Positions 27,367 through 39,962 of a DNA stretch of 64,000 nucleotides are shown one piece after another. The stretch's first letter is position 1. Each line of letters opens with the position of its first letter. Source of the DNA: Magallana gigas (taxonomy: Eukaryota); the NCBI RefSeq assembly GCF_963853765.1, contig NC_088855.1, positions 51,770,001-51,834,000 on the forward strand. The letters run 5' to 3'. The translations under genes and the position numbers were made by a program. Under the pieces are notes generated by a model, which did no database searches, was not told the origin of the DNA, and was given only the letters and a program-made list of their open reading frames with translations.

Positions 27367-30300
27367 AAGTGATTATGGAAGGTGAAATTGCAAAAAGTTC
27401 ATGACAACACCAAGCCAGTGGCAATGCAAACAACGACGACAGACAAAGGACAAATTTTGATCAGAAAAAGCTCGCTTGATCCTTTGGCTCAGGTGAGCTA
27501 AATATTCAAATTCTCTCTAAAAAATTTATACTGTAGATAAAGCAAATAAATTTTTCTATATATAAGGTAAAATATATAACTCTTTTACAATGCAACAAAA
27601 CTTTTTATTACGCATATATAACAAATCATTTCTAATTTTACCATCATTTGCTTTAAGTTTTCCAGCTGGTCATCAGCAGCAGCCACCAGTTCATGGACTG
27701 CCATTTCAGTTAGTCTGCGGAACTGGTCCTGCTGTGTGGCGTAACACATCGCTCGTGCTCGGTTCCCCACAATCTGGTATGCGTTCCAAGTTGGCCCATC
27801 CATATTTTTGGTACATTCTGCAATTGTCTGGTATCAGAAAATTGAAAAGTTCTATAAAATGCAATTCATGATTCTTTTATAATAATTGTTACTTATTCTA
27901 TACATTGTAGATAAGATTACCATAAAAAATTTAATCAATATACATTGATCATCTAGACTTTCTCTTTGTTCTAATTCCAATTCCTTAGTGTCCTCCCATT
28001 TATCTCAATGACATTATAATTTATGAAATACATGTATATACATTTTGAATACACATTATTGTATTCGAAATCGTACTAAGAATATACGATCATATAAAGT
28101 ATGAGGAAGTTCATAAAAAAATTATCAGATATTTTTTGTAAAACTAAATATAAAAATCAATATTTCCTACGACTTTCTCAAACAATTTTCTTGTTCATAT
28201 TTCAATCACATAAAAACAATGCTTTTTTTTTAGGAGAAGCCAATGTTCTAATGAAGTCCAAATCTTACATGTACCTCTTTAGCCATGTCTTACATAAAAA
28301 TAAACAGTGGATTTAAGATCTGAAGTGTGCTGGGCACATCTCATCAAATAGACGTGTCTGTTTTAAACATTGTATAAAATCTAGTTTTAAAAATGTAAAA
28401 TGACTTTTAATAATAATTCTAACCCTTTCAACAGGAATATCAGTAATCATGACAGACTAGAAAGGGATTCTAACTGAGGCTTCCAGAATCTTTAGCAACA
28501 AATCACAAACTCTTCCTACCTATTAAGCCTTGGTAGAATCTTTGAACTTAAGGGATCATTGATGGATCACCTCTAGTCTAGTTACCGATAGGTACTCTTG
28601 TCTCAGCTTAAAATTTATCTATATAGCCAACTTTTAGCAACTTCCCTAGGCACGCTATAGGGTTTTCGATCCATTCCACTCCCCATGAGTTTATGGGGAG
28701 CGGAGTGAACCGAAAAACCCTTGCCTAGCGAACATGACATGCATTTACAGAACTATATCATCATTTATCAACATTACCATATCTGCTGTACACTGAAAAG
28801 TTGGTCGGTTTTCAGCTTCTGACTGACAGTTTAAAAGCTGAACAGCTAATTTCCCTAAATCTTCCTCTGTCAAATCACCACACTTCTTCTTTAAACTGTA
28901 AACAACCTGAAATTATAACATGGTAAATGTCTTGGATTTAAAATTTATTGCTCACTTCTTTTGTAAAGGAGACCTATACATTAAGACTGTTGAAATATGG
29001 GCACACAAGGAGATAAATACCGGTAGAATGTTTTATCGTCTAAATGACAGATGTCCTTCAGACCCAGTTTAATGACAGAATTTGACCTATATACTTGCTT
29101 TGTAGCAAATAAAAAAATATTGCGCTGTATATCGCCGAAATTTTCATATGAATGGTCTCAAATACCCACTATGTTGCTCTTTCAGAATTACAGTCAAGTC
29201 GTACCCAACCCGACTCGCACCCAAACCAACTTGTACTCAAATGGTAAGGTTGTACCCAAAACTATGTGGTTCACTCGTACCCAAATATTTGAGTACGGCT
29301 TCACTAGTCAACTTGTACCCACGGGGAAAAAATATATTTATACATGTACTAAGAATATAAAATGAATGGCTTTTATTTGTATGTTGTTATGTTTTGTATA
29401 TTATCGATAACATTAATATGCGAATTGTATAACAAATTTAAAATAATTTGTTATAAAAATCTAGTATACTATTAATAGTTCTGTACTTGAATGCGGACGG
29501 ATCAAAGAATGATTATGAGCAGGTTAACTATCATCAATTAAAATTAAAATTAATTGCTTAATGTGTTCCGTTCAACCGATCAACCAATGAGTTTGTCAGC
29601 ATAAAATAAACATGCTGCTCATAATTATAAGAAGAAACACACATTTTCATCACTTTTGGAAGATCAACATAGTTCGAGAGAGGTGTGTTTCCTGCAAGAA
29701 AACGGTAAGTAAATCACTATATTAGATATTGTTAAATAATTAAAGCATATTTTTTGAGTAATCAAATGAATTAAGCAACAGGCAAAGTTAATTTAAAGTT
29801 AAATAAAACATAAATTAAAAAAATAACATGTGAATGAAAACTATTGTATTTTATTTTCTTAGTATAAATATATGGAATCAAGTTAAGTCGTACCCAACCC
29901 GACTCGCACCCAAACCAACTCGTACCCAAATATTTGAGTACGACTTCACTAATCAACTCGTACCCACGGGAAAAATATATTTATCCTAGGAAAATAAAAT
30001 ATATAGTTTTCATTCATATGTTATGTTTTTTATTTATGTTTTATTTAACTTTAAATTAACTTTGCCTGTTGCCTAATCCATTTGATTACTCAAAAAATAT
30101 GTTTTAATTATAAAACAATATCTAATATAGTGATTTACTTACCGTTTTCTTGCAGGAAACACACCTCTTTCGAACCATGTTGATCTACCAAAAGTGACGA
30201 AAATGTGTGTTTCCTCTTAATTATGAGCAGCATGTTTATTTTGTGCTGACAAACTCATTGGCTGATCTGTTGAATGGAATCACATAAAGCAATTAATTTT

Positions 30301-31303
30301 GATTTTAATTGATGATAGTTAACCTGCTCATAACCATTCATGATCCGTCCGCATTCAAGTACAGAACTATAGTATACCAGATTTTTATAACAAATTCTTT
30401 TAAATTTGTTATACAATTCGCATATTAATGTTATCGATAATATACAAAACATAACAACATACAAATAAAAGCCATTCATTTTATTTTCCTAGTATAAATA
30501 TATTTTTTCCCCGTCGGTACGAGTTGACTAGTGAAGTCGTACTCAAATATTTGGGTACGAGTTGGTTTGGGTGCAAGTCGGGTTGGGTACGACTTGACTG
30601 TAATTCAAATATATTTCCCCCGTGGGTACGAGTTGACTAGTGAAGTCGTACTCTTATATTTGGGTACGAGTGAACCACATAGTTTTGGGTACGACCTGAC
30701 CATTTGAGTACGAGTTGGTTTGGGTGCGAGTCGGGTTGGGTACGACTTCACTTGATTCCATATTTTGTAGACTTAACTACATATGCATGTTCAAAAAGGT
30801 TTGTAAGGTATAAAAATATATTTTTCCCCTGCAGATTATTTTTAACAGATTATTAAAATTGACGCAAGGCTGCTACACTGCAAGTTTATGGGACTAATTC
30901 TTACTGTGACCTGAGCGTAGTCTGGTCACGTTAAGATATGGTTAAGACTATTCTTTCTAACAAGGAGACATCTTCACATTTATTAATTTAGCAGTAAAAA
31001 CGGCTCCTACAGAAACTGGTGTAAACAGTCCTATACATATATGTGGGGTTTTTTTTAACATATAAAGATAATTACGATATGATAGCAGGCATCGAGGGGC
31101 GACATGTCGTTCAGTTCATTTGCAAACTTTAAGAACTTTTCATCAGTTGACACGACTTCGAACTTAGCGCCACTTTCGCTGAGCGCTTTGTCAACCACAT
31201 TTTGGTGATGATCGCCGAACAGCCAATGCTTGATGGAGCCTATGATACACCCCGATTCTCTTAACTGCAGCGCAATGATGATAACACACAGCAACAGTTT
31301 CAT
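21502..31303 (-). CDS. bmb: Protein brambleberry (GEX1/KAR5-family nuclear envelope fusion protein), 11 exons, 582 aa
   Basis: Exons 31303-31076, 28906-28778, 27827-27642, 26511-26289, 25762-25646, 25395-25216, 24716-24510, 22831-22676, 22124-22039, 21892-21777, 21622-21502; sum 1749 nt, phases consistent (exon 10 donor GTTCCT is weak). Signal peptide; FEVVSTDEKFL...SPLDACYHIVV..LKKKCGDLTEEDLGKLAVQLLNCQ...CTKNMDGPTWNAY Cys-rich domain; coiled coils; hydrophobic TM segments in exon 7; C-terminal CHGLTRTGTPC...FCHRH. Confidence 0.92.
23031..24280 (+). mobile_element. HINE/Helentron with ~166-bp satellite units in bmb intron 7
   Basis: Same 5' end as the 17846 element, several CCCCCATTGTGG-containing units, GACA microsatellite, and a truncated terminal hairpin GGCTCACTTGAGCTTTCAGCT. 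Confidence 0.85.
26737..27502 (+). mobile_element. Shorter, internally deleted HINE/Helentron in bmb intron 3
   Basis: 5' AAACAAGGGGCCACATTGCTCACCTGAG, about 2 satellite units, 3' AGCTCGCTTGATCCTTTGGCTCAGGTGAGCTAAA hairpin. Confidence 0.8.
28646..28728. repeat. ~83-bp imperfect hairpin in bmb intron 2
   Basis: Arms CTAGGCA..AGGGTTTTCGATCCATTCCACTCCCCAT and ATGGGGAGCGGAGTGAACCGAAAAACCCTTGCCTAG around a 6-nt loop. Confidence 0.75.
29185..30759. mobile_element. Non-autonomous DNA element with long subrepetitive TIRs, containing an inverted copy of the same family (29874-30606)
   Basis: Outer ends GAATTACAGTCAAGTCGTACCC (29185) and GGGTACGACTTCACTTGATTCC (30759). Inner ends GGAATCAAGTTAAGTCGTACCC (29874) and GGGTACGACTTGACTGTAATTC (30606), flanked by the direct repeat AAATATAT at 29866-29873 and 30607-30614. 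Confidence 0.85.
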
Positions 31304-31693
31304 CGCGTGAAGATGTCAGTGTGTTGACACAGGAAGTTCATTTAAAAAGCCCCACGCATACTGGAAAAACAATTTTTCATTGGTCCGACATGAGATTAAT
31401 AATTAACTTGTACTTGGAGTTTTTAATGTTTTGTGCGAAGCAGTTTTTGTACGCATTGTTATTTCATCAAGGGAGGGCACTGTGTCGATAATGTAAACAT
31501 TAACATGAAATACAATTTGGTACAGAACATGTGATTGTGATTTTAATCAAACTTTTTGTCACTGAAAAGGTATGTAAAATTGCACCATTGAACTTAACAA
31601 TTGTTGAATTTCACAAGAAATTTGAAGAGCTTCTAACGAGTTGAAAATTTAAATCATTTGTTATCAAAGAATTAGAATCGTTCATCAACATAA

Positions 31694-33167
31694 CAGGATA
31701 GGACCAATCTCCCAAATGGGATATAATAGCCCGTTTGGGATAACATAGCCCAAATGGTATATAAATTTGAAGTGCAAAAAAAATTTTTTTTTTATTTTAA
31801 AATTTTTGATATAAATCCGCATTAAATTAAATGCAACAACTTTTGGTTAAGAAGTTTTTCTATATGTCTATAGTTTGTAAGATTGATCCCCAAAAAGTTT
31901 TGGATATACTGAGGGATCAATCTCCATAATAGAACAGCTACAGAAAAAGTTGTTGTATTTTGTAGCAAATTTATTCTTGGTACTGATTAGTGTTTAGATT
32001 GTAAGGTGTTATCTCTTATCAACTTCTCATTTACCGTAAGCCTTATTTATCTCTATGCCATACCCTTGATTACCTTTTAATTATAGTGATAATTAATAGT
32101 TAATTGCCTGAACCGTTATAATTATTTGATATTATGTATTCCCTTCCCACACTGAGGAGGTAGATTTTTCACTCCCCACACTGAGGTCAGGCACTGTTCA
32201 CTATATAAGTATAGTCTGTCCCAAGATATTTATGCTGCATATTTGAACGATTTTTAATAAAAATAAACATACCTGTGACTGAAGTGCAATTAAAATCGAT
32301 GAAAGGAAAAATTCCCAAGATAACTTCATTCACACATTATCATTTTTCCCTCGTAAAAATTCACAGGAATGAAAACAGTTTTCCTACGGATATTTATAAT
32401 GGGGAATGTTGACATCTTTTCTCCATTCGGAAATACTCGGGACACCTCGCGCAATTTTTCAACGTTATCATCCGGGCGTCTTCATCTCCTTGGCAATGGA
32501 AAAACCTCGTAGACTTTTTATTTTTAGCCGTGTACTGATACCCGACAAGCTAGAGGGGGCATTTCAAAGGGGAAATCTTGGGATTTTTTCATACTATTGA
32601 ATGAACATCGTCTGAACCAAGAGGTATCTATAATATTGAATAATTTAAGAAAATATGCGGCAAAAATATCTTGGGACAGACTATAGGTGAAAGTACAAGT
32701 AGCAGTGTAGTGTGTAGTAGTAGTAGTAGCAGTGGACAGTGAAGTAGAAGTAGTAGAGCAGTGTATTAAGAGTAGCAGTAGATAACGAATATATTTGGAT
32801 TTATACATACATGATGTTTTTATGTGGATTATTTCTTGTGTGGATTATTTCTTGTGTGGATTGTTCTTATGTGATGTGTAGACTTTGTGCGTAGATATGT
32901 AAATAAATTAGTAAACTCTTCAACGACTCTTCCATACTAACACTGACTAAGACTTCATACATTCATTCGGATCAAAATTAAATGTGTTGTAACTCGGCAA
33001 TGTTCAGTCCGCACGCTCTGCGGAGAACATGCACTAAAATTTCATCTATTCTAATGCATTTCAAAATCAAAAATTTTTGTTTTTTGCACTTTAAATTTTT
33101 ATTCCATTTGGGGCATTATATCCCAAACGGGCTATCATATCCCATTTGGGAGATTAGTCCCAACCTG
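31694..33167. mobile_element. TIR element with long imperfect inverted ends; partial opposite-orientation copy at ~33510-33815
   Basis: CAGGATAGGACCAATCTCCCAAATGGGATATAATAGCCCGTTTGGGATA at the left end, its reverse complement ending at 33167. The GATTGATCCCCAAAA module at ~31880 recurs inverted at ~33740. No TSD or transposase seen. Confidence 0.65.
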
Positions 33168-35699
33168 CATAATGCACCATCGTAAAGCCTCTTAACTTAA
33201 AGCTCATCAGAGATACTACATGTTAGAATACCACTGTCTTTAGATGACACAATACATTTAATCTAATTGTCTTTTTTTATGCAATCCATTTTGTATAATA
33301 TGGTTTTCATCAGTTCATAATTGAGCAAAGGCGCTCCCTAGCTAATTTTGAATGCACAACGATATCTATTTATATAAGTCTACCCTCTATACCATAAAAG
33401 TATAGAAAGTAGACATATATAAATAGATATTGTTTGTCATGAACAAAATTGGCTTGTAAACACCTATGAATTATGTTTTTAGTAGATTAATCAGGTTGGA
33501 AGCAATCGCTCAAAGGGGATACATAATAGCCTGTTTTGGATATTATATCCCAAGTAGGATAAAAATTTGAAGTGCAACTGCCAAGAAAATGAAATTTTTT
33601 ATTTTGCAAAAAATATGGTAAATTTGCAACATAATAGATGAAAAGTAACAATTAAATTTTGGTAAACAACTTTTTCTGTATTATACTATTATGGAGATCA
33701 TTGATCCCTCAGTGAGTCAGTAAATCCAAAAACGTTTTGGGGATCAATCTTACAAACTTAAGGCTTACAGGAAAACTTGCTATCCTAAAGTTGTTGCATT
33801 TGATAAACATTAATGTTGGGCAGTTTAAATCATGTTGAATCATTAGATTTCGTGGTGGTTCAATTTTTGTGGAATTTGTGGGTACCTCTCATCTACGAAT
33901 TAACGTCCTCTACGTATTAATAAAAAAGGGTTATAAAGTCATAATACCATTTGAAAATTAAGTTGATAAACAAAATTACATCTTGACGAAGCAGTAAAAT
34001 TTACAGTACTGTAGTTGTATACCTTAAGTTAGTAGTATACATGTACATGGTATCCGATAACTGCATGCAATAAGGGAATTTGTTGCATTTTTGATTACAT
34101 TATAAATACTGTACGTCATAATCAAATTTAAAAGAGATACAAAAATATACAAGTTGCTGTGGTTAGCAATTTGGAATTGCATAATAGCTAAGACAATATT
34201 TTTTTCATTTGTAAGAATACGTTCTGTCAAAAATGAGGGATTTCCATTATATATTAATAGAAACTTGTACTTTGTATGAATATTTATGTTAAGAGTTGAC
34301 AAAATGATTCTTACATATAATTATTATAGTTAATTATACATACATGTCTCTTTATTCAAGAAAATACATATTATCAATTATAAAATTATTTTATTTAATT
34401 AGATTATATTACATGTATAGAAATAATTTACTAAATAATACAAATGTAGTATAAATAGTAATTTATTTAATAATTTACTAAGCCAATCAAATATAGGGCA
34501 TTACATATACAAGCAGAATTGAAATTATACATCAACAAAATACGAAATTTCATTCCAATGTGATTTCATTAAAGAAAAGTAAATGTTAGGTAGAAATGTG
34601 TAAATATGAAAATAAGATTCCTAAACCACGTAGGATATGAAAATGAGAAAATCCTATTACCATTAATGCATTCAACCATTCCCTTCTTCAGGCATCTACT
34701 CTTTCAATCGTTATTAAATATGAAATATAAATTCTAACATAAAGATCAAATAGATAACTTTAATGTCCAAGAAATGGAATAAGCTGATGGTTGAGTTCTG
34801 AGTGGTGAGACCTGGTGCACATCGTGTTCTGTACCACTGTCAGTAGCAGCAGGGATAAAAACGAAGAGGCGAATGGCTAATGAATGAAGGTTGTTTACTT
34901 CACTGCGATCAATGCCTGTCTGCTCCATTAGACTCACTGACATAGGGTTATAATATACAGATGATGTTTATCATTGAAATTAGCATTTATTGAACATGAA
35001 CGGAGGACTTCATTGACTTTGTTTTGTGGGGTTCTTTGATACTTTGATTTGCTGTCATTTCAAGAATTCAGGAGGAAGGACTCATAAGCTAATACTGTGG
35101 TATGTGCTAGGTATTTATGTTTCACTCACTGATCATTCTTTTCTTTTTTTTACAAATGTCAAAATGATATTATTATGATGTGTTTCAATATTGTTAATAA
35201 TTGAAACTAGTGGGATGTGAAATATGATTACATTTGCACTTTTAAGTTCTAATTTCTTTCCTTAAAAAGTAAATTCAATACATGTATAATTAAAAGTAAT
35301 ATTAGATTGCAAAATTATATTTCTTGTTTAATTGGAAGAAAATTCTTTGTTTGTGTATATACATATGTACAGAGTTGACAATTATTTAAAATCTTGTATT
35401 TTCCAAATCATTTTTGCATAAACATCAGTTTGTTCTTTACCCAGTCCATCTGTCTACCTTTCACCAATTCTTCAATGAAACTATTTTTAGTGTTTTGAAA
35501 TTCTAGTGTTATGTAGTTGTGTGATTAGGTGCTGAGGAATTCTCCTAGAAGCTTACAAAATAAATCTTTATCCATTTGGAATAAGTGCTTCATTAACATT
35601 TCTGAGTGCCGTATGTAGATGCTAATTGTTACTTAGCTGTTTTTAAGTACATGTACTTTTGGAGTTTTGTTCTGTGAAAAAGAAAAGTTAAGTTAAATT

Positions 35700-35986
35700 C
35701 TCCTCTGTACCATGAAGGCGCATAAGGCTGGTGCTTATCCCCAGTTTCAGTAGTGCTAAGCAGGTGAAAGTCTTTGACTCCCATTGGATGGCCAGGACAC
35801 CTGTCCATCGCAGGTTAACTCCCAGCATAAGCCAGTACCCAATTTCAGCTGGGTAAACTGAGAAAATATAGATAAAGTGCTTTGTCTAAGTGCACAACAC
35901 ACAACTTCAAGAGACCACAGGGGAGTTTGAACCAGCGACCTTTCAGTTACTGGCCTAATGCCCGTGACCACTGAGCCATGTGTTTG
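35700..35986 (-). mobile_element. tRNA-derived V-domain SINE (V-SINE type)
   Basis: A box TGGCTCAGTGG (35978-35968), B box GGTTCAAACTCC (35933-35922), V-like central domain AACCTGCGATGGACAGGTGTCCTGGCCATCC (35816-35786). Confidence 0.75.
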
Positions 35987-36153
35987 AAAAAATAAAAGCC
36001 TTGATGTAATAACATTTTCTAGAAAATTTAGAATTTGGATTATTTTATAAAGTATCCTCTCTTTTATAGACTGGTACTAGTACTTGTTTGACTATATATA
36101 TTTTGAAAAGCTTACGTCATGTACATCCAAGATGTATACACATAGTGGATGAA

Positions 36154-36593
36154 CGGCATCCTCGGAGGCATTGTGGTTGAGTGGCATCCTTGGAGGCATT
36201 GGTGTTGAGCAGCATCCTCTGAGGCATTGTAGTCAAGCGACATCATCTGAGGCATTGTGGTTGAGTAGCATCCTCTGAGGCATTGGGGTCGAGCAGTATC
36301 CTCTGAGGCATTATGGTCAAGTGGCATCCTCTGAGGCATTGGGGTTGAGCGGCATCCTCTGAGGCAATGTGGTCATGTGGCATCCTCTGAGGTATTGTGG
36401 TTAAGTGGCATCCTGTGAGGCAATGTGGTCAAGTGGCATCCTCTGAGGCATTGTGGTTGAGCAGCGTTCTCTGAGGCATTGTGGTTGAGTGGCATCCTCT
36501 GAGGCATTGTGGTTGAGTGGCATCTTCAGAGGCATTGTGGTTTTGTGGCATCCTCTGAGGCATTGTAGTTGAGTGACATCTTCTGAGGCATTG
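36154..36593. repeat. 28-bp minisatellite, about 16 copies
   Basis: Consensus GAGGCATTGTGGTTGAGTGGCATCCTCT. Period checked at 36481 to 36509. Confidence 0.92.
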
Positions 36594-37673
36594 CGTACTT
36601 AGAATGTGTAGAAGTGAAAATGGTTCATAAATCAGTCAAATATATCAGATTATGCAAAAGTCAGTATGGATGTGTTTTGTATTAATAAATATTTGCATTC
36701 TTGTTCAAATTATGCAGTCAAATATGGAAACAGAGGAACAAAATCAATAAAATCCATATCATTGTTTGATTTTTTTCAAGTTGCAGAGTCACTGCTAGCC
36801 AACAAAAGCTTGAAACTAATGTTTTCTAAATGAATTTGATACATTTATTACCAAAGAACTTACTATACATGTATATGTAGTTAAAGTACCTAATAAACTA
36901 GAATATGGCCTCAAGAACATTTTTTTCATCAACATCAAATTTAATGCAATGTAATTGTGTAAAAAAAGAAGCAGCAATCAATGTGTATTTCACAGTAATG
37001 GTAAATCAATACATGTGGCAGGCTCTACTAGTGTAGTGGGGGATACCAACGTCTTCTTCTTCAGGGTCTCGCGTACTAGGGGGATCACAGTTGTCATATA
37101 GAGCAGTGTATGTAGGAGTATATATTTACCCGTCCTTATCAGGTGAAATCACTTTCCTTATCACCGCAGGAAAATTAACCGGAGGTTTTAGGTATACTCC
37201 TTCAAGTGTGCGCTTTGCATTATGGCTAAATAAGTCGTGACTCAATATTATTGGATTTACTTGGTCTCATCAATGGCCAATTTCCTCTGACATTCTGTTT
37301 TCTGTCTCCATGGATAAAATGTATTTACAGGTAGGTGAGAGAGTTTTTTATGTTTTGGGTTTGCCATAAATAATGCATTAATTTCTGTCTGTGGTATCTA
37401 CACTGCTATCAAAATGATATAACGCGGGATGAGACAGGATGTTAATTGTAGTTATCCCCTGACTTTTCCTACACCAAGGCCATATCTCATTGTTGTAATT
37501 TGTGAATTTCCTTATAGTTTATTGATTCGCTATTTCAGGTTATGAGTTTCTCGAGCAGAGGAGATATTTGTCATAGTGTAGTGGTATTATGACACATTGA
37601 TTTTTCTATTTTACATAGAACTGGATTGATACTTTAACATGTCTTATAACTAGTGAAAAATAAATGTACCAGA

Positions 37674-37675
<2 letters not shown>

Positions 37676-37732
<57 letters not shown>
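37676..37732. repeat. (CT)n microsatellite
   Basis: Direct reading. Confidence 0.97.
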
Positions 37733-37737
<5 letters not shown>

Positions 37738-38410
37738 TGTGTTTGCAAATATATGTACCTTAGTATTAATCCTGCTGCAATGCAATTCCAACAAATATTG
37801 ATTTTTTTAAAATCATATGGCTAACATGGAATATGCCAGTATAATAAGACTTTAGTGTAGACCGAATTAACACACAGATCCTGACTGTTCCATCTAGACT
37901 CTTGTCTTTGACAATCTCTTTGTCTAATCTGATAAGTTTCTTTACATCATCATCAAGTTAATGAAATCCCTTGTGAATCTGTCAGCTTATTAATGCCTTG
38001 GACTTCACTGATTACGGTTAAATTAAGAACATTTACTCTGTCATGATGTATACGTTTATGTTGAATTGCACTTTTAAGAACTATGAATATTATCAAAGCA
38101 CTTTTAATATGTGTAGCACATTAGATTTGAAATATGTAACTTCAAATTTATCAGCAATCATTTCATCAATTTACATGTTTGTCTTTAGGAAATGCCTTTT
38201 AGTTAAAAATGCATGACCTTCCATTTGATATATATTTCTTGCTGATCAAACTATGGATAATAAACTACATGTATATTTATTGTGATTTAAAGTTATTAAC
38301 TTTATTGATTGTTTATTTCAAAAGAATTGGGGAGGTCCCATAGGAATATGTGTACGGTAAATGTTTTCTGTTTCTCTGTGACTGTGTATATATGTACCTA
38401 TATATATTAT

Positions 38411-38414
<4 letters not shown>

Positions 38415-38452
<38 letters not shown>
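38415..38452. repeat. (AG)n microsatellite
   Basis: Direct reading. Confidence 0.97.
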
Positions 38453-38453
<1 letters not shown>

Positions 38454-39784
38454 CCAATTTTTGTGCAGTATGTAGTAAAACAAAAGGGTTTTACGATATG
38501 TTCATTACGGTAATTACATGTAAGCTAATTGATCAATGCACATAAAATTTGTTTCACAAGCATACAATATCTGTTTGCATGTCAAACTAAGTAAATCAGT
38601 CTACTTGGAGGAATTTATGTAACTCCTAGGCACACCAGAAAAGAAGGATTTTAATTTGATTTGGTTACAGTTGAAATGCTGTGTGTAATCTTGAGAGAAA
38701 ATGGGATTGCACTACATGAATCTAATAATCCTAATAATTCCTGGTAACAGGAAAATCGTCGTGTAGACAGAGAACCTGTAGCATGAATTCTGTCAATATT
38801 ACAATAATATTTACAAAACCATGGATGTTGGCAAAGGTTTTCTCAACTTCACAAGGATAGTTTGTAATTTGCTTTCTATTATAGTACGTCAGATCATGCA
38901 CCAGACATTATCAATATCTATTTCAAACGCTTTCATTAAAGATACATATCTTCGATCTCTCTATATCTCACCATGGATATCTCTGTTCTGTAATTTGTCG
39001 AAATTTTTTTTTTATCTCAAAGTTCTATTTCCATTTTGTGGTGTAAAAAAAAAAAACGTTATTAATGTTTTCATGTTGTTCCTGTTAGAAATCAATATTA
39101 CAAATTACGCGATGATAAAATGGAGTTTGATAGAAATGACATATTTTGTTTGTTGAGGGGTGGTCAGTGGTGTTATTATCTGATGGAATACACAAGCTAT
39201 GATTGATATGTCAACATTGTAGGTGTTTCACATACCTGTTATGCCTGGGAATAAATAAATGGAGGGGGAAGAGTTTACTTGGTACAAATTGTGTTACCAG
39301 GTAGATTAATTTTATAAATGCAATTTTTATTTAGGTTTCACTTCGTGTCATTTTGTACGGTACTGCTATTTTCTCAATACCCTCTTTATCGTTGATTTCT
39401 ATCATAAAAATGTCAGATTTTCCTTTAGTGTTGTATATCAAAGGTACTGCCAAAAATGGGTATTTTTATCCATTACATTTTGAAAATTCCATTTTTTAAT
39501 CAATTTTATGTCATTTGAAACTTGTTCAAGTGAGTACCAGAACCATTAGTTTTCAGTTACAGTAGATTTACGACCATGTTATTTTAACTGAATTTGATAA
39601 ATGTACCTTTTAATGCTTATCTTTGTTGCTTGATACCCTAAAGTGACAATAAAAAAATTGATATTCAGCTGATATATATTTTATAGATTTGACACAACAG
39701 GCCTTCAGCTATCAAATTCTACTCTAAAAATTCAATTAGAATCTGTATGATGTATGTAAAGACTAAAGACATACACTCTCCATC

Positions 39785-39962
39785 TACAGTAAAACATGGT
39801 TATAAAGAAGTCCCATGGATGGGCGATATTACTTCGTTATAAAGGTAATTCGTTATATCCGTCAATTTTACAATTTGTTATTAAGTCACATGGAATTAAA
39901 TTCACTTCGCTGTAAGCGTTAATTCATTATAAGCGTGTTCGCTATAACCGTGTTTTACAGTA
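39785..39962. mobile_element. pogo/Tigger-like MITE
   Basis: Ends TACAGTAAAACATGGTTATA and TATAACCGTGTTTTACAGTA: ~20-bp TIR with 2 mismatches, TA-flanked. Confidence 0.7.

Noticed and set aside
34746-34943. 65-aa minus-strand ORF MSVSLMEQTGIDRSEV...
   Set aside because: No recognisable homology and no phase-compatible neighbouring exons.
36112-36339. 75-aa ORF MPQRMPLDHNASED...
   Set aside because: Frame-cycling translation of the 28-bp minisatellite.
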